47,862 bases of DNA from Candidatus Woesebacteria bacterium (lineage in GTDB: Bacteria; Patescibacteriota; Microgenomatia; UBA1400; UBA12028): assembly GCA_040006915.1 (NCBI GenBank), contig JBDTWD010000002.1, forward strand, positions 108,613-156,474, given 5' to 3'. Below are positions 9,306-17,709 of the stretch, in pieces; the first letter of the stretch is position 1, and every line of letters begins with the position of its first letter. The notes beneath the pieces are model-generated. The model was not told the origin of the DNA and did not search any database. It saw only the letters and a list, made by a program, of their open reading frames with translations. Made by a program: the position numbers and the translations under genes.

Positions 9306-10358
9306 ATGGATAAACGCATCATCATTGTTTTGGTTTTGGTTATTGTCATCGTTGCAGGTGTTGGCGGAGCTATGCTTCTCTTAAACCGCACACCGGCCAC
9401 GCCAGTAGCGACGCCGTTTCCATCCGCAACTCCTGCCGTCTCGGCCCAAACGCAACCTACATTAACAACCCAAATCTCATCACCACTTACTGCCAGTGGA
9501 TCCGCAACCATTGATGTGTACTTGGATACAAAAGCCACAAAAATTGATGGCTTCCAATTCATTGCAACGCTTAATGGTACCGCACTTCCAACGATTTCAG
9601 ATGCTGATTCGGGAACGGAAGGGACTCAAATCAGTCCAGAAAATATTCCAGAACTTACCACCTCGACCAATAATGTAACCGAACAAGATGGGGCTTTTGT
9701 AATTCGCTTCGCGATGGTTTCTAGTGACAGCACCCTCGGGTACTCCAACACTTCACCAACTAAAGTAGCGAGTATTCCCGTGTTAGCCGGATCGGGAGGA
9801 AATGTTACGCTCACCTTTAATCAGCAAAATTCCCGAGCTAGACTCTTAAGTGGTGGGGAAGACACCTTGGTCACCACGACAGATGGGACGTTCCCAGTCG
9901 CGAGTAGCGGAAGTAGCAGTACCCAAACCAGTGTCAGTACAGCATCTTCATCATTGCTTGCCCAAACCGCTGTTACGACCACACCAGCGCCAACAACTGC
10001 TGCGACGGCAACCACTTCACCGTTCTGTCTTGCTTCTTGTTTCTCTGATGGAGACTGTGCTGCAGGTCTCGCCTGTGAAACGGATCGTTGTGTAAATCCT
10101 GCTTGTCCAACCTCACAGACTTGTGGATGTGGAGCCAACCAAACCGCTCAAACCGTCACTACCACGCCTGTACCCACAGTGGTCGCTAGTGCTGCCGCCA
10201 CTCCTATTGTTGCCACTTCGGCTCCAATTGCTGAAGCTTCAAGCTCAGCGCAGGATTTGCCTACATCTGGTTCAGTAGAATATACGCTACTTGCCATTGG
10301 CGCGGGTTTGTTCCTCATTGGAGGAGGAGTACTCTTAACCGCTAAACAAGAAGCCTAA
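9306..10358 (+). CDS. Cell-surface protein: N-terminal TM, cohesin-like beta domain, Ser/Thr linkers, 8-Cys module, C-terminal LPTSG + TM
   Basis: Start moved to ATG 9306 (MDKRIIIVLV) to avoid overlap with galU; CLASCFSDGDCAAGLACETDRCVNPACPTSQTCGC; DLPTSG followed by a hydrophobic helix. Confidence 0.7.
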   Translation: MDKRIIIVLVLVIVIVAGVGGAMLLLNRTPATPVATPFPSATPAVSAQTQPTLTTQISSPLTASGSATIDVYLDTKATKIDGFQFIATLNGTALPTISDADSGTEGTQISPENIPELTTSTNNVTEQDGAFVIRFAMVSSDSTLGYSNTSPTKVASIPVLAGSGGNVTLTFNQQNSRARLLSGGEDTLVTTTDGTFPVASSGSSSTQTSVSTASSSLLAQTAVTTTPAPTTAATATTSPFCLASCFSDGDCAAGLACETDRCVNPACPTSQTCGCGANQTAQTVTTTPVPTVVASAAATPIVATSAPIAEASSSAQDLPTSGSVEYTLLAIGAGLFLIGGGVLLTAKQEA

Positions 10359-10417
10359 AAAGAAAGTCAAACCGACAGTTGGATCTAATCCAGTTCTCGT
10401 GTTACAATACCCAAATC

Positions 10418-10639
10418 ATGAATTCGCTTGCATCCATTGGAGCAGTGGTTTTATTCCCAATACGATTTTTACGAGAAGTAGGAACGGAACTGAAAAACGT
10501 TACCTGGCCAACCAGAGCAGAAACAATCCGCTCGACCTGCATCGTCATTGTCATTAGTCTTGGAGTAGGGCTCTACATTGCGGCATTAGATCTTGGCTTT
10601 ACCAAAGGATTCGAACTTATTTTGTCATTAAAGAAATAG
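10418..10639 (+). CDS. secE: Preprotein translocase subunit SecE
   Basis: FLREV..ELKNVTWPTR.E plus one TM; located before nusG; TG-T-TACAAT 9 nt upstream of ATG 10418. Confidence 0.95.
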   Translation: MNSLASIGAVVLFPIRFLREVGTELKNVTWPTRAETIRSTCIVIVISLGVGLYIAALDLGFTKGFELILSLKK

Positions 10640-10646
10640 AAAAAAT

Positions 10647-11276
10647 ATGTCTGATACAACTGATACACCTGTACAAGTCCCAGAAGTTCCCGAAGTACAA
10701 GAGGTTGTTACCTCAACCCCAAATCACATCGTAATCACCTTAAGTGAAGATAAACGGGCTCGCTGGTACGTTGTTCATACCTATTCAGGCCATGAGAACA
10801 AAGTCGCTGAAACCTTAAAGCAGCGTGCTGAAACTATGGGACAATTGGACAAGATCCTCGAGATGTTGATCCCCACCCAAGAAAAAATTCAGATCAAACG
10901 CGGCAAGAAGCAAACGGTTCGAGAAAAAATCTTCCCAGGGTACATGATGATCAAGATGATCCTCACTGATGAATCTTGGCTTTTGGTACGTACTACTCAA
11001 GGTATCACTGGTTTCGTCGGTATGGGAAACAAGCCCACTCCAATTTCACAACAAGAAGTCCAAACCATTCAAAAGTACATGAGCCAAGGAGCTCCAAGCT
11101 ACAAAGCCAATTTCGAAACAGGCGAAGCCGTCAAGATCGTGGAAGGTCCATTTGCAGACTTCATTGGTACTGTCGATGGTATCAACGAGCCAAAAGGCAA
11201 AGTCACTGTTTTGGTCTCAATCTTTGGTCGCGAAACTCCTGTGGAACTTGACTTCTTACAAGTTAATAAACTTTAG
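10647..11276 (+). CDS. nusG: Transcription factor NusG
   Basis: WYVVHTYSGHE, KIFPGY, GPFADF, IFGRETPVELDF. Confidence 0.98.
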   Translation: MSDTTDTPVQVPEVPEVQEVVTSTPNHIVITLSEDKRARWYVVHTYSGHENKVAETLKQRAETMGQLDKILEMLIPTQEKIQIKRGKKQTVREKIFPGYMMIKMILTDESWLLVRTTQGITGFVGMGNKPTPISQQEVQTIQKYMSQGAPSYKANFETGEAVKIVEGPFADFIGTVDGINEPKGKVTVLVSIFGRETPVELDFLQVNKL

Positions 11277-11288
11277 TTTCTTCAAACT

Positions 11289-12053
11289 ATGGTAGAAAAA
11301 CCGACAACTATTGTTTGGATCGATGACGATGACCCAAGCTTTTATTTGGCGAACGCACTTTTGGTTTCTCAAAGAAATAATGTAATTACGATCGGTGCTC
11401 CTCAAGAAGTTGTCGATTCCGATGCCATCGAGCAACATCTCATCCGAGCAATGCAGAGCCTTCAACAAAGCAAAATCACTGAAATTGGCGCTATAGTCAC
11501 AGACCAGCTCCATTTCGATGCCTCCAAGAAGCTCGAACAACTAATAGAGACAGTACGCAAGATAAATCCTCAAGTTTTCATTGCAGAATTAACAGGTGGG
11601 AATATTCCTCGTTATGCTCCAGACACGTTCGTCCAAAAACCAACTGAACCAGGGCTACTAAAAGTTTTCTATGAGGCAACCGACACGCCTGAGGGAAAAC
11701 TGATGGCGCTCAGACACTATCTTTCTAACTCAGCATTCGTGATTGCTCAGAATGCTGAATCCAAAGACGATACATTCTCTATACATAAGGATGGATATGT
11801 ACGGAGGTTATTTAGCACTGCCCATCGAGAAGCTACGCAACTGATATTAAACGTTCTTTTTGGAGATAATTGTCCGGAAGCACACATTGTCCAAAAGCAA
11901 TTCTTGGCTCTGCCTGATCATGAATTACAGGAAATTCTTCATAACTTCTTTAACTCTATTGGCTGGATTGAGAATGATCCTGACAAAAGTATTCCCAAAA
12001 CGATGACGTTTCAGCGTTTAGAAGCTCAACTTCGCTCTATTTTTGGCCAATAG
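11289..12053 (+). CDS. Orphan protein with a receiver (CheY-like) N-terminal domain
   Basis: IVWIDDD, AIVTD, ELTGG and FVQKP occur in receiver order; C-terminal helical domain unrecognised. Confidence 0.55.
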   Translation: MVEKPTTIVWIDDDDPSFYLANALLVSQRNNVITIGAPQEVVDSDAIEQHLIRAMQSLQQSKITEIGAIVTDQLHFDASKKLEQLIETVRKINPQVFIAELTGGNIPRYAPDTFVQKPTEPGLLKVFYEATDTPEGKLMALRHYLSNSAFVIAQNAESKDDTFSIHKDGYVRRLFSTAHREATQLILNVLFGDNCPEAHIVQKQFLALPDHELQEILHNFFNSIGWIENDPDKSIPKTMTFQRLEAQLRSIFGQ

Positions 12054-12073
12054 CGCCCGGACTACGGTTCATG

Positions 12074-12082
12074 TGTTATAAT
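12074..12082 (+). promoter_or_regulatory. Extended -10 promoter of the rplK-rplA operon
   Basis: TG-T-TATAAT followed by a ~140-nt leader. Confidence 0.6.
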
Positions 12083-12226
12083 AATCATCTTACCCTTACC
12101 TCGGGTAACCAAATATTGAGGTAGTATTGCCAAAAGGGCATTACGAGTTAAGCTTCTTCCACCACTGGTGGACTTTCTCTTTTTCCCTTTTTGCATTTTT
12201 TATATAGGTATTTTTAGGAGTATTTT

Positions 12227-12649
12227 ATGGCAAAAAAGATCAAAGTCATCTTTAAGTTAAATCTTCAAGCTGGCGCTGCTAACCCTGCACCTCCCGTTGG
12301 ACCAATTTTAGGTCAACACGGTGTCAATATCATGGAGTTCTGTAAAGCATACAATGCCCAGACCCAGGATAAAAAAGGCCAAACCATCCCAGCTGAAGTA
12401 ACCGTCTTTGAAGACCGTTCCTTTACTTTTGTCTTAAAACTCCCTCCAGTCTCTGCCATGATCAAACAGGTTTTAAACATCAAATCCGGCGCCAAGACTC
12501 CAAGTAAAGAAGTGGTTGGAACTCTTTCGAAAGCCCAAGTCAAAGAAATCGCGGAAAAGAAAATGGCTGACATGAATACTACTTCAATTGACCAAGCAAT
12601 GAGTATGGTAGAGGGAACCGCCCGCAGTATGGGAGTTACAATCGCTTAA
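12227..12649 (+). CDS. rplK: 50S ribosomal protein L11
   Basis: [29 protein letters not shown]; GTARSMG. Confidence 0.99.
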   Translation: MAKKIKVIFKLNLQAGAANPAPPVGPILGQHGVNIMEFCKAYNAQTQDKKGQTIPAEVTVFEDRSFTFVLKLPPVSAMIKQVLNIKSGAKTPSKEVVGTLSKAQVKEIAEKKMADMNTTSIDQAMSMVEGTARSMGVTIA

Positions 12650-12663
12650 AAAGGAATACATAT

Positions 12664-13485
12664 ATGGCAAAATCAAAATACAAAGTAGCAGTCATGGACG
12701 AACTTCCAACCGAAGAGCAATTAGCAATGGAAGAAATGGAAAAAACCTCGGCACGCAAGAACACGGCCAGTAAGAAAAAAGCTGATAAAGAGCCAGAAGC
12801 TTTCGGAGAAGAATCATTGGATACCGGTACAACAGAAGAAAACCAAACTTCTGAAGAAACCGTTGAAGAGGTCGTGCCCGCTAAACCAACTAAAACCGTC
12901 GGTTTCCGCAGCAATCGATATAAGACAGCAAAATCTCACATTGATCGAACTAAAACCTATAGTGTAGCTGAAGCTTTAAAACTTTTGAAAGAAGCTGCCA
13001 CTGCAAAATTTGATGAGACTGTTGAAGTTCACTTAGTAACCAACGGAGTTTTGGGTAATATTGAGGTGTCATACCCCCACAGTATTGGCAAGACTATCAG
13101 AGTACAAATTGTGAACGAAGAAGTCATTGCAAACCTTGATAAGGGAATAATTGACTTCGATGTATTAGTTGCTTCACCAGATCAAATGAAGCAACTAACC
13201 AAATTTGCCCGTCTGCTTGGACCAAAGGGAATAATGCCAAATCCAAAGAATGGAACCTTGGTTGCTGATCCTGCTAAACGCGCAAAAGAGCTTGCCAGTG
13301 GAAAAACCAGTGTAAAGAGTGAAAAAAAGTCTCCACTGGTACATACCACTGTAGGAAAAATGTCACTTGGTGCCGACAAATTAGCAGAAAATATTCAAGC
13401 GTTACTCGCAGCTTGTGGCCAGGGAAAAATCTTCAAGGCTGTGATTACCTCTACCATGAGTCCGGGGATTAAGATCCAGATCTAA
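12664..13485 (+). CDS. rplA: 50S ribosomal protein L1 with an acidic N-terminal extension
   Basis: KFDETVE, LGPKGIMPNPKNGT, STMSPGIK. Confidence 0.97.
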   Translation: MAKSKYKVAVMDELPTEEQLAMEEMEKTSARKNTASKKKADKEPEAFGEESLDTGTTEENQTSEETVEEVVPAKPTKTVGFRSNRYKTAKSHIDRTKTYSVAEALKLLKEAATAKFDETVEVHLVTNGVLGNIEVSYPHSIGKTIRVQIVNEEVIANLDKGIIDFDVLVASPDQMKQLTKFARLLGPKGIMPNPKNGTLVADPAKRAKELASGKTSVKSEKKSPLVHTTVGKMSLGADKLAENIQALLAACGQGKIFKAVITSTMSPGIKIQI

Positions 13486-13492
13486 AAAAGAT

Positions 13493-13702
13493 ATGGCTGA
13501 AACTTTACGAAAGACTGTGCACCAGCCGGTGTTTCTGACTCAGTTACATCTGGTTGATATCGAATTTGTCCAATCTATTCAAGATACTGAAGCATTGCTG
13601 TCAGCAGGTCATAGGAAGCATGGAGAAAAAAGAAAGACTAGAATTCGGCCCATAGATGTGAAGTTCGCCCAGATGTTGAGTAGAAACAAAAGAAAATTGT
13701 GA
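13493..13702 (+). CDS. Small hypothetical basic protein between rplA and rplJ
   Basis: ATG 7 nt after the rplA stop; fills the gap up to the rplJ promoter; no recognisable motif. Confidence 0.4.
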   Translation: MAETLRKTVHQPVFLTQLHLVDIEFVQSIQDTEALLSAGHRKHGEKRKTRIRPIDVKFAQMLSRNKRKL

Positions 13703-13714
13703 TATACTACATAT

Positions 13715-13822
13715 AGATCCAGAGACCACGGACAATCCGAGAGGATGTAAGTTCCGTCGAGGACATGAAAAAGTGCTGTTTTGACAGCGTTCACCTCGTT
13801 TCTTTGGAAAGGAGGTTTTTTT
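13715..13822 (+). promoter_or_regulatory. rplJ (L10) leader, autoregulatory RNA structure
   Basis: Follows TG-A-TATACT (13700..13708); AGAC...TAAG...GAGG pattern and hairpins ending in a U-run just before ATG 13823. Confidence 0.6.
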
Positions 13823-14332
13823 ATGCCAAATGCAAAAAGCATTGCCAGTGTAACTCTCTTGCAAGAGAAATTTTCTCGCGCAAAAGCTGTTATCCTCGCC
13901 AACTTTGCCGGACTCAATTCTAAACAGCAAGTAAAATTGCGACAGGACTTGAAAAACGCAGGTGGTGAATTCATCGTTGCTAAGAACACACTCGTTGCTC
14001 GAGTTGTTGGAAAAGCCGAGATGGATCAATCTTTTACAGGTCAAACTGGAACAGTCTTTTCTTACGAAGATGAAATCGGAGCCTTGAAAGCTTTAGTCAA
14101 ATTTGCCAAAGAAAATGATGTCGTTCAACTCAAACAAGGATTGGTTGGAAAGAATGTTTACGACGCGAAAGCTCTTGAGGAGCTCAGTACCTTGCCAGGG
14201 AAGACAGAACTCATTCAGATGTTGCTTGGAAGACTCAATGCTCCTGCCAGTAAATTGGTCGGAGTCCTCAAAGCCTCACAAAGAGATTTGGTCTATGCAT
14301 TGCAAGCAATCGCTGACAAAAAAGGAAACTAA
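13823..14332 (+). CDS. rplJ: 50S ribosomal protein L10
   Basis: LRQDL...VAKNTL, LSTLPGKTEL; start ATG 13823 preceded by GGAGG. Confidence 0.97.
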   Translation: MPNAKSIASVTLLQEKFSRAKAVILANFAGLNSKQQVKLRQDLKNAGGEFIVAKNTLVARVVGKAEMDQSFTGQTGTVFSYEDEIGALKALVKFAKENDVVQLKQGLVGKNVYDAKALEELSTLPGKTELIQMLLGRLNAPASKLVGVLKASQRDLVYALQAIADKKGN

Positions 14333-14428
14333 TAAGCATAATAAAGTTACTCAATTTATTTTGAGAACATTGTAAAAATATAATATAAAAGGAGAGCGAT
14401 TATCTCTATATAGAAATCGCTAAAAAGT

Positions 14429-14800
14429 ATGGCAGATATACAAAAACTCATCGAAGAGATCGAAAAGATGTCTCTTCTCGAAGTATCAGAGCTCGTTAAA
14501 GCTTTGGAAGAGAAATTTGGCGTGAGTGCATCAGCACCAGTCATGATGGCAGCAGCTGCAACTTCAGCCGCTCCAGCCGAAGAAAAGACGGAATTCACAG
14601 TGGTTATTACAGCCGCTGGTGACAAAAAGCTCGAGGTTATCAAGGCAATCCGCTTGATCAAACCAGAACTCGGACTTGGTGAAGCTAAAGCTGCTTCAGA
14701 AAAGCTCCCATACATTCTCGTCGAGAATGTGAAGAAGGAAGTTGCTGAAGATGCAAAAGCCAAACTTACAGCTGCAGGTGCAACTGTAGAGATGAAATAG
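14429..14800 (+). CDS. rplL: 50S ribosomal protein L7/L12
   Basis: ELVKALEEKFGVSA, EEKTEF, KKLEVIKAIR, LGLGEAK. Confidence 0.99.
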   Translation: MADIQKLIEEIEKMSLLEVSELVKALEEKFGVSASAPVMMAAAATSAAPAEEKTEFTVVITAAGDKKLEVIKAIRLIKPELGLGEAKAASEKLPYILVENVKKEVAEDAKAKLTAAGATVEMK

Positions 14801-14821
14801 TCATTCATTCAAACGACTTTG

Positions 14822-14853
14822 AAAAGTCCCGTATTGCTACGGGACTTTTTTTT
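14822..14853 (+). terminator. Intrinsic terminator after rplL
   Basis: AAAAGTCCCGTA-TTGC-TACGGGACTTTTTTTT. Confidence 0.92.
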
Positions 14854-15279
14854 GTGCCCAAATTCAAATGACTATATATTCAGGTGAATGAATGAAAAAC
14901 CGATTTTGAGGCTTTTAGAAGGTCAGATTTTCGTGGGAATCGTCAACCAAAATAAGTCTCGATAGAATACTCAAGCTGAAGCCCTGGTAAAAATAAGTTA
15001 TGTTTTTTTCCATCAATTTACAAAAATATGGATTGAATAAAGTGTCACATGGGCTTTCGGAGTAAAAATATCCGTTCCGAAGAAAACAAATATACATTTC
15101 ACATCAAATTTATTTGCACACATGTTTTCCACATCTATTTTTTCAATCTTTATTGTGCGACATACATTACCCCTTGACCCATTTTGATCTTTCATGCTAG
15201 GTTGTTATTAGATATGATGTGCTGAAGAATTCGTTTTTTACTGCATCAAAATATATATTACCTTTTCATAGGAGTTCAA

Positions 15280-15528
15280 ATGGCGAAGACGGATGACACC
15301 ACAACTACACAAACCCCTGCTCCGGTTGTGAAGAAAAAATTAAGTTTGAAGGATCTTCCCGATTTACTTACCATTAAAGAAGTAAGTGAACTGCTGCGCG
15401 TTTCACCGTTAACATTAAAGCGGTGGGGGAAAAGAGGTAAACTTGCCGCCATCAGAATCAATTCCCGAGGAGATAGACGATATAAGAAAGAAGCGGTTCT
15501 CTGGATTCTAGGAATGACTGCTGAATAA
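15280..15528 (+). CDS. BldC/excisionase-like (MerR-type wHTH) DNA-binding protein
   Basis: LLTIKEVSELLRVSPLTLKRW...G.L...R...GDRRY; AGGAG RBS; TTGACC-N18-TAGGTT promoter at 15174..15203. Confidence 0.85.
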   Translation: MAKTDDTTTTQTPAPVVKKKLSLKDLPDLLTIKEVSELLRVSPLTLKRWGKRGKLAAIRINSRGDRRYKKEAVLWILGMTAE

Positions 15529-16287
15529 TTCTTCAACAAAGAACCAAACCCCCTTGAGTTGCCTTCTCCATCTCCAGGGCTCGAGAATGAGTCGTTGCAA
15601 CCACTCAAGATGTAGATTTTCCACCAGAGGAGAGATTGAAGGTATCTTTCCACTTTCATACTCGAAAGCTCCTCCTACAACCATGGCTATCTTAACTTCT
15701 GCTTTCTCTAGAATATCTTGATGTCTCTCGATCCATAGTTCTTGCCAAGGAGCACCGTATGCGACAAATAAGAGATCAGGCTGATATGCGCGAATTTTCT
15801 CAAGAGCCTGGATAGAGTTCTCTTTTGAGCCATCATCGTATTGCCAAGTAATAGTCTCATCTCCAGTTTTCTTGATCCATTGATCGAGTACTGCCTTGGC
15901 TGATCCAGAACTTCCCCCAAGCAAGAATACTTTCCACTTTTTATCTGTAGAAATTCCTAAAAGATCATGGAATACTTCCCTGCCTGGGATCCTCTGTACC
16001 TTCATTGCTTCTTCACTCTTCAATCCTTGCTGCCGATGAATTGCCCATACTAGACCAGCTCCATCTGGAAGTAAAATGTCTGCCTCTAGGAGCGTATGGA
16101 AAAATGCAGGGTTTTCTCTTGCCAAAACCATTTGCTCCGGGTTTGGTGTGTATATCTTGAGGAAAGAAGAGGTTTTTGGATGAAAATGCTGTACAAAAGA
16201 GGTAAGAGCACTTAGCAACCGTGCCTTATCACCGCTATACAGCGATACCCCTCTAAATGGAGCGGTTGGTCCGATTATTTGCTTCAT
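15508..16287 (-). CDS. WecB/TagA/CpsF family glycosyltransferase
   Basis: TPNPE, LPDGAG, PDLLFVAYGAPWQELW, VGGAF, LEWLQRLILEPWRWRR. Confidence 0.92.
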   Translation of the reverse strand: MKQIIGPTAPFRGVSLYSGDKARLLSALTSFVQHFHPKTSSFLKIYTPNPEQMVLARENPAFFHTLLEADILLPDGAGLVWAIHRQQGLKSEEAMKVQRIPGREVFHDLLGISTDKKWKVFLLGGSSGSAKAVLDQWIKKTGDETITWQYDDGSKENSIQALEKIRAYQPDLLFVAYGAPWQELWIERHQDILEKAEVKIAMVVGGAFEYESGKIPSISPLVENLHLEWLQRLILEPWRWRRQLKGVWFFVEELFSSHS

Positions 16288-16702
16288 ATGTATCCCTCCT
16301 CACCCTCACTCTTTCCAAAACAATAGACGAATATTTGAACAGTGACAACCTCCTCGGGTTGCTTTATTTTTCATATCTAGCCTATTTATCACTATAGGAC
16401 GGAATAAAACCCGATCTTTACACGACTCTAACCCAAATATCCAACCTCTCTCCAAAATCTCATAGTAGTATGCAATCTATACCGTATGTAACCCGAATCA
16501 AGCTACTTCCCCTCTTCACAGCTTCTTCTTTTTGTTAAAATAATGTTCAATGCAATATAATGATATTGAGCACTTTTTTTCTATCCTAAAAATCAATTAA
16601 ACGTCGATTTTTCGCTTATTCGTTTTTCTTCTAAAAATTATCTTTATCTCGGTTTTCTTTTCTCGCGTCCTTTTTACCACAGACATCGTCCTAGATTTTT
16701 TA

Positions 16703-17692
16703 TTATTTAGCCACGTCATTTCCACTTGATAACTCCTGCATCAGGGAGACGACTCCACGAATTGCGCTGACATCTGGTTCACTGGCTGGATACACTGGCA
16801 TATGAAGCATCGAAGACAGATACGAAGCAACGCCTTCTGCTTTTGCCAATCCCCCTGTCAAGACGATACCATTGCTGACGCAGGAAGACAATTCATCAGC
16901 CGAGAGTTCTTCTAGAGTAAGAAGGAGTTGGGTAGTCATCATTGATGCGGCTTGACTAATTTTCTCAATTAAAAACTCCTCTGGAATCTGCCAAGTCGAT
17001 GACACCTCATCTAAGAAAGAGAGATACTCGCTATGATTTACTCCTTTTTGAGCTTGAGGCAAGAACCCACCGACGCTAGAGAGCAGCTTTTCCCAAAAAC
17101 TGGCTGTTAGTTCTTTCCCATAGATCCGGAAGATTTCTGCTTCGAGATTGGAACGAATTTTGTCTCCAGAGAACTCCAAATCCTTTGAAAACAAACACTG
17201 CGTAAATGAGACTCCCGCGACTTCACTGCGGGAGTACCCCAGATGAATAAGGAGTGCAAAACTAGGAATCGGGAAAGAGAAGCCCGCACCTACTGCACAA
17301 CTGATGGCGTTTGCACACAGAGTCACACTCGAGACGCCCAAAGATTCTAATATGTGTACCCAGAGCTGTTTTGTTGTTTGTGGCGCATTACTGGCTACAT
17401 TCACATATACCTCTAGGCGTAAAAGAGGATGATGTGTGATTCCTGCTTCAAGAAAGACAAACCGCAAATACTCAGAGAACAGTTTTTGATCCAAGATAAC
17501 ATCTTGATCATACATCGAGGCAAACGTGGGAATTTTCTTCCTTTTTTCGAATACAGTGGCTTTTCGCCGTTTTAAGAAGAGAGAAAATAGTTGGGATTGC
17601 GGTTGATTGAAAATTTCAGTGGAGTCCTCGAACCCTATACGCATCTCAAATTCCCCGAAATCGAGCGCGATCCTTTGTAAAAGCCGTGGCAT
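16703..17692 (-). CDS. Divergent MreB/Mbl-like actin-fold protein
   Basis: IALDFG (phosphate 1), AVGAG, IHLGYSRSE (phosphate 2), GIVLTGGLA, LHMPVY.A.EP..SAIRG. Confidence 0.75.
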   Translation of the reverse strand: MPRLLQRIALDFGEFEMRIGFEDSTEIFNQPQSQLFSLFLKRRKATVFEKRKKIPTFASMYDQDVILDQKLFSEYLRFVFLEAGITHHPLLRLEVYVNVASNAPQTTKQLWVHILESLGVSSVTLCANAISCAVGAGFSFPIPSFALLIHLGYSRSEVAGVSFTQCLFSKDLEFSGDKIRSNLEAEIFRIYGKELTASFWEKLLSSVGGFLPQAQKGVNHSEYLSFLDEVSSTWQIPEEFLIEKISQAASMMTTQLLLTLEELSADELSSCVSNGIVLTGGLAKAEGVASYLSSMLHMPVYPASEPDVSAIRGVVSLMQELSSGNDVAK

Positions 17693-17709
17693 GTTGGTAT
17701 GATAACAGA
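17693..17709. promoter_or_regulatory. Bidirectional overlapping extended -10 promoter driving two leaderless mRNAs
   Basis: + strand TG-G-TATGAT-N6-ATG(17710); - strand TG-T-TATCAT-N6-ATG(17692). Confidence 0.7.

Noticed and set aside
12165-12182. RNase P-like GAGAAAGTCC on the minus strand
   Set aside because: Imperfect match, antisense to the rplK leader, and no room for the rest of the RNA.
15280-15528. Prophage or ICE excisionase marking a mobile element
   Set aside because: No integrase, att repeats or phage genes in the window.
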